From the NCBI GenBank assembly GCA_028695025.1, contig JAQVJV010000001.1:21201-85200 (forward strand): DNA of 64,000 nucleotides, written 5' to 3'. Below are positions 1-7,370 of the stretch, piece after piece. The notes under the pieces were generated by a model, which ran no database searches, was not told where the DNA came from, and saw only the letters and a program-made list of their open reading frames with translations. Position numbers and translations under genes: made by a program. Each line of letters begins with the position of its first letter. The stretch's first letter is position 1. This stretch comes from Candidatus Moraniibacteriota bacterium. GTDB taxonomy: Bacteria > Patescibacteriota > Minisyncoccia > Moranbacterales > UBA11712.

Positions 1-6
1 ATAATT

Positions 7-1362
7 TTGGCGGCCGTCATTGCCTACTGGCTGCGTTTCACTCCGGGAATAATCGAAATTAAACCGGTCTTATTTGAATTTCCTTTCGACAGTTATCTCA
101 AGATCGTATTTTCGTTAGCGCCCCTTTTTCTTCTCATATTCTCGCTTGAAGGGCTTTATTCCCTCAAAACCACCCGCGTCTTTTGGAGGGAATTTTTCCA
201 GATCGCCTTTTCGATTTCAGTGGGAATAACCATCATTATCATCGCCATATTCCTCCAACGGGAATGGTTTTCTTCCCGATTCATCCTTCTTTCTGCTTGG
301 GGATTGGCAATCATCCTGGTGAGCTTGAGCCGCTATGGCGTGAATCTTCTTCAAAAAATACTTCTGGTATACAAAAGTATCGGCATCCATCGCCTTGTCG
401 CTGTCGGAAAAGGAAACTATTGCAAAACAGTTTGCCAAAAATACAGGCAAAATCCCAGCTATGGCTATAGAATTGTCTCCCAAGAACTGGAAATAAACAT
501 CGAAAAATTGCGCCAAATCAGAGCTACGAAAGGAATCGATGAAATTCTTATCTGTGATCCGGATATTTCCATGAAAAACCTGCGCGAAGTGAGCGACTTT
601 TGCCATCGCAACCGGATCGAATTCAAATTTGTTCCGGCCATTTTGCAGTCGATCAGCAGCAATTTTGAAGTCCGCACCCTTTTTGACGAACCGGTGATTG
701 CCATCAAAAATACACCGCTCGACGGATGGGGAAAGATCATCAAGAGAATTTTTGACATTTTCGGATCAACAATCGGGATCATCCTTACTTCGCCCATCAT
801 GCTCCTCACCGCTATCGCCATCCGGCTGGAATCGCGCGGACCGATCATTTTCAGGAATGAACGCGTCGGCCATCATGGAAAATTCAACGTGCTCAAATTC
901 CGCTATATGAAACTGGAATATTGCACCGGAACCCAAAATCCAGAACAAAAAAAAGCGCTTGAACTGGAACAACAATTAATTGAAACCCAAAGCGTCCGTA
1001 AAGGGCCACTCTATAAAATCAAAAACGACCCGAGAAAAACCCGGGTGGGCCGGATCATCGAGGCTCTTTCCATTGACGAACTGCCCCAACTCTTCAATGT
1101 TTTTCGGGGGGATATGAGTTTGGTCGGGCCGCGTCCTCACCAGCCGCGCGAGGTGGAAAAATACGAGCTTTGGCAAAAACGGACGCTTTCCATCAAGCCT
1201 GGCGTAACGGGACTCGCCCAAATTTCCGGACGCTCGGATTTGAGTTTTTCGGACGAAGCCCGCCTTGATATTTTCTATATCGAAAACTGGACTTTCTGGC
1301 TTGATATCGAAATTATTTTCAAGACTTTTTTTGTTTTGCTTAAAAAAAGAAAAAATCTCTAA
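7..1362 (+). CDS. Polyprenyl-phosphate sugar phosphotransferase (bacterial sugar transferase, WbaP/PglC-like). The 5' end likely runs off the window start.
   Basis: The C-terminal domain carries the classic Bac_transf motifs (DELPQLFNVFRGDMSLVGPRP ... PGVTGLAQISGRSDLSFSDEARLDIFYIENWTFWLDIEI). N-terminal TM segments are present. The ORF is open to position 7. Confidence 0.85.
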   Translation: MAAVIAYWLRFTPGIIEIKPVLFEFPFDSYLKIVFSLAPLFLLIFSLEGLYSLKTTRVFWREFFQIAFSISVGITIIIIAIFLQREWFSSRFILLSAWGLAIILVSLSRYGVNLLQKILLVYKSIGIHRLVAVGKGNYCKTVCQKYRQNPSYGYRIVSQELEINIEKLRQIRATKGIDEILICDPDISMKNLREVSDFCHRNRIEFKFVPAILQSISSNFEVRTLFDEPVIAIKNTPLDGWGKIIKRIFDIFGSTIGIILTSPIMLLTAIAIRLESRGPIIFRNERVGHHGKFNVLKFRYMKLEYCTGTQNPEQKKALELEQQLIETQSVRKGPLYKIKNDPRKTRVGRIIEALSIDELPQLFNVFRGDMSLVGPRPHQPREVEKYELWQKRTLSIKPGVTGLAQISGRSDLSFSDEARLDIFYIENWTFWLDIEIIFKTFFVLLKKRKNL

Positions 1363-1380
1363 AAATTTTCTTGAAAAATT

Positions 1381-1989
1381 ATGTCCTATTTTTCCTCTCC
1401 TGAATTCCTCCAGCATCTTCCTTTTTGGGGCTATCCGCTGATGCTTTTCGCCATGACTATTGAGGGGCCGTTCGCCACAATGACCGCCGCGTTCCTCTCT
1501 TCGCAGGGCTATTTCAACGTCGGCATTGTTTTTGTCTTGAGCGTGGCCGGGGACGTCATCGGAGACATCATCCTTTTTTACATCGGACATTTCGGCGGCC
1601 CGCATATCATCAAAAAAACCCAGCATTTCCTCAAGATGAAAGACTCCGTCGTTGAAAAGCTGAAAGACCGGTTCCACCAGAACAGCGGCCGGCTGATTTT
1701 CTACGTCAAATCGACCACCGGATTGAGCTATATCACTTTCACGTTGGCTGGAGCCTTGCGGATGAAAATTTCCAAATTCCTCAAATTTTCCGTCCTTGGC
1801 GGGCTGGTTTGGAGCTCGCTCTTGGTTTTTCTCGGCTATTTTTTCGGCTATGCCGCCGCCCGGATCAGCGAGTACATCAAATACGCCGGAATCGCCATCT
1901 TTGTTGCCGCGGTGATCACCCTCACTATCATCGGCCTCATCAAAAAACACGAATCGGCGGAGATTCTGGAGGATGAGAGCAAAGATTGA
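1381..1989 (+). CDS. DedA/VTT-family integral membrane protein
   Basis: About 200 aa and polytopic, with DedA-like motifs (FLSSQGYFNV..., GDVIGDIILFYIGHFGG). Confidence 0.65.
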   Translation: MSYFSSPEFLQHLPFWGYPLMLFAMTIEGPFATMTAAFLSSQGYFNVGIVFVLSVAGDVIGDIILFYIGHFGGPHIIKKTQHFLKMKDSVVEKLKDRFHQNSGRLIFYVKSTTGLSYITFTLAGALRMKISKFLKFSVLGGLVWSSLLVFLGYFFGYAAARISEYIKYAGIAIFVAAVITLTIIGLIKKHESAEILEDESKD

Positions 1990-2072
1990 CAAAGTTGGAA
2001 TCTTTATTTAGGCTTATTTGAATTCTTTTAAAATTGAATAAATAAAAATTTCGCAAAAGGGAGGAAGGGAAT

Positions 2073-3056
2073 ATGGATTGGTTATTAGCTAGGATTTTGC
2101 TAATGTCCGACGCCCACTGGATGGTTGTCCCACCAGAAAAACAAGAAGGTCAGGCTATCCGAGGAATTGATCGGCTCATTGAAGGGAAAATCCGGAAATG
2201 GAAAAAACTAAACAAACAAAATTTTCGCCTAGCCCTCAACAATGCTAAGCAAAACGGTCCATTTAATGAATTTATTTTTCTCGGAGATCTCGTCGAGTGC
2301 GTTCACAATGAAAAAGGGATGGTAACTTTGACGGATCTTGAGGAAATTTCAATCCTAAAAAAATTCGTGATAAACGCTCTGGGACTGCGCTTTTCTGGAG
2401 ATGATCATTACATTCCCGGAGATCACGAACTTGGATATGTGCTTCCTTTGAGTCTTGATCCGGATGGAGGCATGACGGGGGAAAGTATCACAAATTTCCA
2501 AAATATCCTTGGCCCAATGTTCGATGCCTGGAATATTGGAAATTTTATTTTTATTACAATTTCGTCTTCACTTTTCACACAATTTGAATGGCGAAATGAC
2601 GTCGAGATCGCTGAATTACGTCAAAAACAGGTAAAATTTCTCGTTGAAAAACTTTCCAAACTTCCGCCTGAAAAAAAAGTTTTTCTTTTCCTTCATGATC
2701 CAGATGCCATTGAGCATATCAATGCTCTTCCCGGCGCCAGCAGAATTACTCAAATTTTCTGCGGCCATCTTCATTCGGAAAATACTGTAAACAGCTATCG
2801 GCGTCTTGGGAAAATGGCAAATAGCTTTTGGGGCCGTTTATTGCTTCGTTTTGTTGGATTGATTTTCAACCGCCTGCAACGAGTGAATAAAGTTATCAAT
2901 TGGGCAAAGGGAAACCCGTATCGACTGGAGCTATTCAAAAAATACAATCTTCAAGTGGTTCCTGCTCCCAATGGCATGCTCGGCAAAGGATCTGGTTTTC
3001 TTATTTTGGAATTATATGCTGATGGAAATTATGAAATAAAAAAATTCGAATCATAG
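2073..3056 (+). CDS. Calcineurin-like metallophosphoesterase
   Basis: Ordered phosphoesterase motifs are present: DAHW (DxH), GDLVE (GDxx), GDHELG (GNHE-like), CGHLHSE (GHxH). Confidence 0.6.
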   Translation: MDWLLARILLMSDAHWMVVPPEKQEGQAIRGIDRLIEGKIRKWKKLNKQNFRLALNNAKQNGPFNEFIFLGDLVECVHNEKGMVTLTDLEEISILKKFVINALGLRFSGDDHYIPGDHELGYVLPLSLDPDGGMTGESITNFQNILGPMFDAWNIGNFIFITISSSLFTQFEWRNDVEIAELRQKQVKFLVEKLSKLPPEKKVFLFLHDPDAIEHINALPGASRITQIFCGHLHSENTVNSYRRLGKMANSFWGRLLLRFVGLIFNRLQRVNKVINWAKGNPYRLELFKKYNLQVVPAPNGMLGKGSGFLILELYADGNYEIKKFES

Positions 3057-3064
3057 GGGGGAAT

Positions 3065-3247
3065 ATGATTTTAAGTATATTTATTGCTATTTTCATAGTT
3101 TCCTTGTTTTCCTGGGGAAACTACTATTCCGAAAGAATGTCTTTTGCACATGAGTGGGATGTTATTTCATTCGCATGCGCAACAACCGCCTCTGCTTTTC
3201 TTACGTCCTTAGTAATATCGGGAATGGTTTACATATGCAAAGGCTAA
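3065..3247 (+). CDS. Small hypothetical membrane protein (60 aa)
   Basis: A G-rich RBS (tagGGGGGaatATG) sits upstream. The protein has one hydrophobic helix, and a hairpin plus T-run follows downstream. Confidence 0.3.
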   Translation: MILSIFIAIFIVSLFSWGNYYSERMSFAHEWDVISFACATTASAFLTSLVISGMVYICKG

Positions 3248-3265
3248 AATATCAATCGACCTTCT

Positions 3266-3301
3266 GCAAAGGCTCGTCCAACAGCGATGGGCCTTTTTTT
3301 A
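3266..3301 (+). terminator. Putative intrinsic terminator
   Basis: An aaggc...gcctt stem is followed by an 8-9 T run (gggcctttttttatt). Confidence 0.4.
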
Positions 3302-3336
3302 TTGCAAAAAACGCAAAAAAGGACTAGAATTTATCT

Positions 3337-4446
3337 ATGAAAATAGCCCTTGTCCACGATTATCTCGTCCAATACGGCGGAGCGGAGCGGGTGCTTGAAT
3401 GCTTCACCGAAATTTGGCCGTATGCGCCGATTTATACCCTCATATACGACGAGGAAAAAACCCACGGAATCTTCAAAGGAAAGCGCATCCACACCTCATT
3501 CCTCCAAAATTTTCCCTATTCCCATAAAAACCACCGCATTTTCCCGCCGCTCATGCCGCCGGCCATCGAACAGTTCGACCTTTCGCAATATGACATCGTC
3601 CTTTCCGACTCGTCGAGCTATGCCAAGGGAATCATCACGCCTCCCAATACGCTTCACGTCTGCTACTGCCACACGCCGATGAGATACGCCTGGGACGACT
3701 GCCAGAAGTATATCGAGGAATTCGGCTTTCCGCGGATCGTGAAAAAATTCATCCCTTTCCTTATGAACTATATCCGCGTTTGGGACCGGGTGAGCGCCGA
3801 CCGCGTCGATGAATATATCGCCAACTCCCGCTTCGTGGCCGGCCGGATCAAAAAATACTACAAAAGAGATTCCATTGTCATAAACCCGCCGGTTGACATC
3901 AACCATTTCAAAATTGATTCCAAGCAAGGAGGCTATTTCCTGATGGTCGGCCGCCTCATGACCTATAAGCGCTTTGACATCGTGATTGAAGCCTTCAATA
4001 AGCTGAAATGGCCGCTCAAAATCATCGGGCGGGGACCGGACGAAAAAAGGTTGCGGGCGCTCGCCGGACCGACCATTGAATTCACCGGGCGCTTGAGTGA
4101 TGAAGAATTGGCTAAAACATATTCCCGGGCAAGAGCCTTCATTTTTCCGCAAGAAGAAGATTTCGGGATCGTTGCGATCGAAGCGATGGCCGCCGGTGTT
4201 CCGATCATCGCTTTTCAAGGAGGGGACATCATTGAACACGTCCGGGAAAATCAAGAGGGGATATTTTTCAATCAACAAAATTCGGATGTTCTGATTGAGG
4301 CTCTTAGAAAATTCGAATCGCTTGATTTCAATCGGCAGGCGATTCGAGAAAGAGCGTTGCCGTTTGACCGGGAAATATTCAAGAAGAAAATCGAGGACTA
4401 TATTGATAACGCTCTCAAAAATCATCTTGAGATAATTAATCCCTAA
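3337..4446 (+). CDS. Glycosyltransferase family 4 (GT-B, group 1)
   Basis: The N-terminus (MKIALVHDYLVQYGGAERV) is typical of GT4. The C-terminal domain has the EX7E-like region (FPQEEDFGIVAIEAMAAGVPIIAF). Confidence 0.8.
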   Translation: MKIALVHDYLVQYGGAERVLECFTEIWPYAPIYTLIYDEEKTHGIFKGKRIHTSFLQNFPYSHKNHRIFPPLMPPAIEQFDLSQYDIVLSDSSSYAKGIITPPNTLHVCYCHTPMRYAWDDCQKYIEEFGFPRIVKKFIPFLMNYIRVWDRVSADRVDEYIANSRFVAGRIKKYYKRDSIVINPPVDINHFKIDSKQGGYFLMVGRLMTYKRFDIVIEAFNKLKWPLKIIGRGPDEKRLRALAGPTIEFTGRLSDEELAKTYSRARAFIFPQEEDFGIVAIEAMAAGVPIIAFQGGDIIEHVRENQEGIFFNQQNSDVLIEALRKFESLDFNRQAIRERALPFDREIFKKKIEDYIDNALKNHLEIINP

Positions 4447-4463
4447 GAGTTTGCTCAAAAGCC

Positions 4464-5072
4464 ATGGAACTCAAAGAATATTACAAGATCCTCAAAAGAA
4501 ATTTCAGCGTGGCGGTTTATACTATGATTGTTTTCGTCGTTGCCGCTTATGTTTGGTCGGTGCAAGCTTCTCAAACCTATTCCGCCTCGCTCGTGCTTGA
4601 TATCACCCGCTCCGAAACCCAAAACACGGCCGACTATCGCTATGACCAGTTCTACCGCCTTCAGGCCGACGACAAATTTGCCGAAACCGTGGTGGAATGG
4701 CTCAAAACCCCCGGTGTCGCCAAGGAAATATTCGATAAGGCCGGCATAAGCGCCGACCAAAAAACCATGCGCCAATTGGAAAAAAGCTTTCAAGCCGAAA
4801 AAGTTTCTTCGAACCTGATCCGCGTCCAGTATTCGGCCCAAACCGACGACGAAGCGGGAAAAATCGCTCCCGCCGTCCAATCGATCCTTTCCGGAAAGAC
4901 CGAAGGCCTCAATGCCGGCACCAAGGATCCAAACTGGTTCCAGGTCAGTATGGGCAATTTGATTGTCCTCAAAAATACCCAGAACCTGTGGCTGAATCTG
5001 GGACTGGCCGCCTTCGCCGGACTGTTTGTGGGAATTCTGCTTGCTTTCGGGAAGCACTATGTTTCGGAATAA
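4464..5072 (+). CDS. Wzz-like polysaccharide chain-length determinant / co-polymerase (short form)
   Basis: It has an N-terminal TM helix after a conserved Wzz N-terminal pattern (YKILKRNFSVAVYTMIVFVVAAYVWS...YSASLVL), a periplasmic segment, and a C-terminal TM helix (LGLAAFAGLFVGILLAF). Confidence 0.5.
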   Translation: MELKEYYKILKRNFSVAVYTMIVFVVAAYVWSVQASQTYSASLVLDITRSETQNTADYRYDQFYRLQADDKFAETVVEWLKTPGVAKEIFDKAGISADQKTMRQLEKSFQAEKVSSNLIRVQYSAQTDDEAGKIAPAVQSILSGKTEGLNAGTKDPNWFQVSMGNLIVLKNTQNLWLNLGLAAFAGLFVGILLAFGKHYVSE

Positions 5073-5124
5073 TTAATCGATAACTCCCTCGCCTTGAAAA
5101 GGAGAGGGCTGGGGCGAGGTTATT

Positions 5125-6249
5125 ATGATCATCGGTTTTGACGCCAGATGCTTGGAGGAGCCGAATATTTCCGGAGTGGGGGAATACGCTTTGGAGATTT
5201 TGAAAAACCTTCTTGAGATCGACCGGGAAAATACCTATGTTGTTTTTTCAAACTCATATCGAAAAATCGCCGGGCAAAATTTCGGCTGGCTTGAAAGATA
5301 TCCCCAAGTGAAACTGAAAAGATTTTCCTTTCCGAACAAAATCCTCAATTTTCTTTTTTGGTATTTTTCCTGGCCGAAAATCGACCGGATGATCGGGAAA
5401 GTCGACGTATTCTTCGCCCCGAACATCAACTTTCTTTCTGTCGGCCGCAACTGTCCGCTTGTCGCCACCTTCCACGATCTTTCTTTCGAGCGTTATCCCG
5501 CATATTTTGATTTTTTCACGCAACTCTGGCACCATATTTTCGTGAGACCCCGAAAAATCGCGCAATCCGCCCAAAGAATCATCGCTGTTTCCAAATCGAC
5601 AAAGCAAGACCTCGAAGAAATATACGGCATCGCGCCACAAAAAATTGCCGTCATTCCGCATGGAATCAGTCCGGATTTTCACCCGATCGAAAAAGGAAGC
5701 AAAAACTTGGAAGAAATCCAAAAAAAATACGGTTTGCCGGAAAAATTCGTTTTTTTTCTAGGAAATATCGAGAAAAGAAAGAATATCGGATCAATAATAA
5801 AAGCATCCGGCCAATTATCCAAAAAATTTCCTGGGTACAAATTGGTTCTCGCGGGAAACATCGCTCCCGAATTTCAAAAATGCCAAAAAAATAAGGATAT
5901 TATTTTTTGCGGATACATCGACCGGAAAGACCGTCCGTATGTCTATAACCTCGCGGCTCTTTTTGTCTATCCCTCTTTTTTCGAGGGTTTTGGATTTCCA
6001 GCCATTGAGGCGATGGCTTGCGGAACGCCGGTCGTCACTTCGCACAATTCGTCTCTCCCGGAAGTGGCCGGAAATGCGGCAATTTTGATCGACCCGAACC
6101 GGCCCGACACGCTTTTCCAGGCTATTGAATCCATCCTCACCGACAGAAACTTGAGCGACAAGCTTGTCGAGAGGGGATTCGAGCAAATCCAAAAATTCAG
6201 CTGGGAAAAATGCGCCCGGAAAACTTTGGAAATAATAAAAACCTCATGA
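5125..6249 (+). CDS. Glycosyltransferase family 4
   Basis: It has the MIIGFDAR N-terminus and the C-terminal motif YPSFFEGFGFPAIEAMACGTPVVTS. Confidence 0.8.
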   Translation: MIIGFDARCLEEPNISGVGEYALEILKNLLEIDRENTYVVFSNSYRKIAGQNFGWLERYPQVKLKRFSFPNKILNFLFWYFSWPKIDRMIGKVDVFFAPNINFLSVGRNCPLVATFHDLSFERYPAYFDFFTQLWHHIFVRPRKIAQSAQRIIAVSKSTKQDLEEIYGIAPQKIAVIPHGISPDFHPIEKGSKNLEEIQKKYGLPEKFVFFLGNIEKRKNIGSIIKASGQLSKKFPGYKLVLAGNIAPEFQKCQKNKDIIFCGYIDRKDRPYVYNLAALFVYPSFFEGFGFPAIEAMACGTPVVTSHNSSLPEVAGNAAILIDPNRPDTLFQAIESILTDRNLSDKLVERGFEQIQKFSWEKCARKTLEIIKTS

Positions 6250-7370
6250 GAATCGGCATTGACGCCCGCTTTTTTGGCTCAATCGGAAAGGGCCTGGGGC
6301 GATACACGCAAAAATTGATCGAAAACCTTGAAAATATTGACCGCGAAAATCACTATTTTATTTTTTTGCGCCGTGAAAATTGGGATGAATATCAGCCAAA
6401 AAGCAAACATTTCACGAAAGTTTTGGCCGATATCCCCTGGTATGGCCTTCGGGAACAGCTCCAGATGCCGAAAATACTCGAAAAATGCGGCTTGGACTTG
6501 GTCCATTTCCCGCATTTCAATGTTCCGGTGCGCTATCGGGGGAAATTTGTCGTGACAATCCACGACCTTATCCTGTTCCGTTATCCTACCCGGCGCGCTT
6601 CCACCCTTTCAGGGCCGGCTTATTTTTTCAAAAAACAGGCCTATCACTGGGTGATCAATCGCGCCATCTGGAAATCGGAAAAAATTATTGCCGTTTCCGA
6701 ATATACAAAAAAAGATATTCTGAAGCACTTCAAGGTGCCGCCGGAAAAAATAGCCGTCACCTATGAGGGCGTTGACACTTTTGAAAACCCGTCCCTGGAA
6801 AAACCGGGATCAGTCCTCCAAAAGTATGGTATAATGAAGCCGTATATCCTGTATGTGGGGAACGCTTATCCGCATAAAAATCTTGACCGGTTGATTTTGG
6901 TGTTTCGGGAACTGTCAAAAAAACACCCCGATCTCCATTTGGTGCTGGCTGGACGCGAGGATTATTTCTATCGCCGGTTGAAAAAATTCGCGAAAGAAAA
7001 GAAAACTGATCGGATAATTTTCCCAGGCCATATTGATGAGATAGACCTGCCGGTCGCATATCGCGAGGCCAGGCTCTATGTTTTTCCATCGCTTTATGAA
7101 GGATTCGGCCTGCCGCCGCTTGAAGCAATGGTCCGGAACGTTCCGGTTGTTTCCTCGAATGCCTCATGTCTTCCGGAAATTTTGGAAAATTCAGCCTATT
7201 TTTTTGACCCGCGCGGCGTTTCAGAAACCGCGGAAACCATCGATAGAGCGCTCACTGATAATCTTCTTCGAAGAAAATTGATCGAATCCGGAAAAGAACA
7301 GGTGAAAAAGTATAGCTGGCAAAAAATGGCGAGAGAAACACTCAAAATATACAAAAACTGCGCGCGATAA
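6246..7370 (+). CDS. Glycosyltransferase family 4
   Basis: The typical GT4 start MRIGIDARFFG sits at an ATGA overlap with the upstream gene, and the domain has FPSLYEGFGLPPLEAM. The longer ORF starting at 6210 is rejected. Confidence 0.8.
   Translation: MRIGIDARFFGSIGKGLGRYTQKLIENLENIDRENHYFIFLRRENWDEYQPKSKHFTKVLADIPWYGLREQLQMPKILEKCGLDLVHFPHFNVPVRYRGKFVVTIHDLILFRYPTRRASTLSGPAYFFKKQAYHWVINRAIWKSEKIIAVSEYTKKDILKHFKVPPEKIAVTYEGVDTFENPSLEKPGSVLQKYGIMKPYILYVGNAYPHKNLDRLILVFRELSKKHPDLHLVLAGREDYFYRRLKKFAKEKKTDRIIFPGHIDEIDLPVAYREARLYVFPSLYEGFGLPPLEAMVRNVPVVSSNASCLPEILENSAYFFDPRGVSETAETIDRALTDNLLRRKLIESGKEQVKKYSWQKMARETLKIYKNCAR

Noticed and set aside
976-1992. 338-aa minus-strand ORF overlapping the sugar transferase and DedA genes
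   Set aside because: It is antisense to two well-supported genes. Its composition (G/D/E/R-rich) is typical of a shadow ORF, and no motif is present.
3496-4458. Long antisense ORFs opposite GT4, DUF4012, glyA, pyrG, the helicase and others (e.g. 3496-4458, 8852-10060, 25623-26603, 47517-48383, 53647-55197, 17665-18387, 35839-36870, 61433-62209)
   Set aside because: Each lies opposite a gene with clear family motifs. These are typical antisense shadow ORFs in moderately GC-rich coding sequence.
6210-6249. Upstream start for the third GT4 gene (and similarly 22678-22785 for def, 38919-39221 for the MazG-like gene, 46387-46452 for rplI, 46908-46973 for pyrG)
   Set aside because: The extensions overlap upstream genes or intergenic terminators and lack homology. 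Canonical N-termini (MRIGIDAR, MKNKKLKIV, MELKQ, MKVILL, MRPKYIFVVGG) begin at the internal starts.
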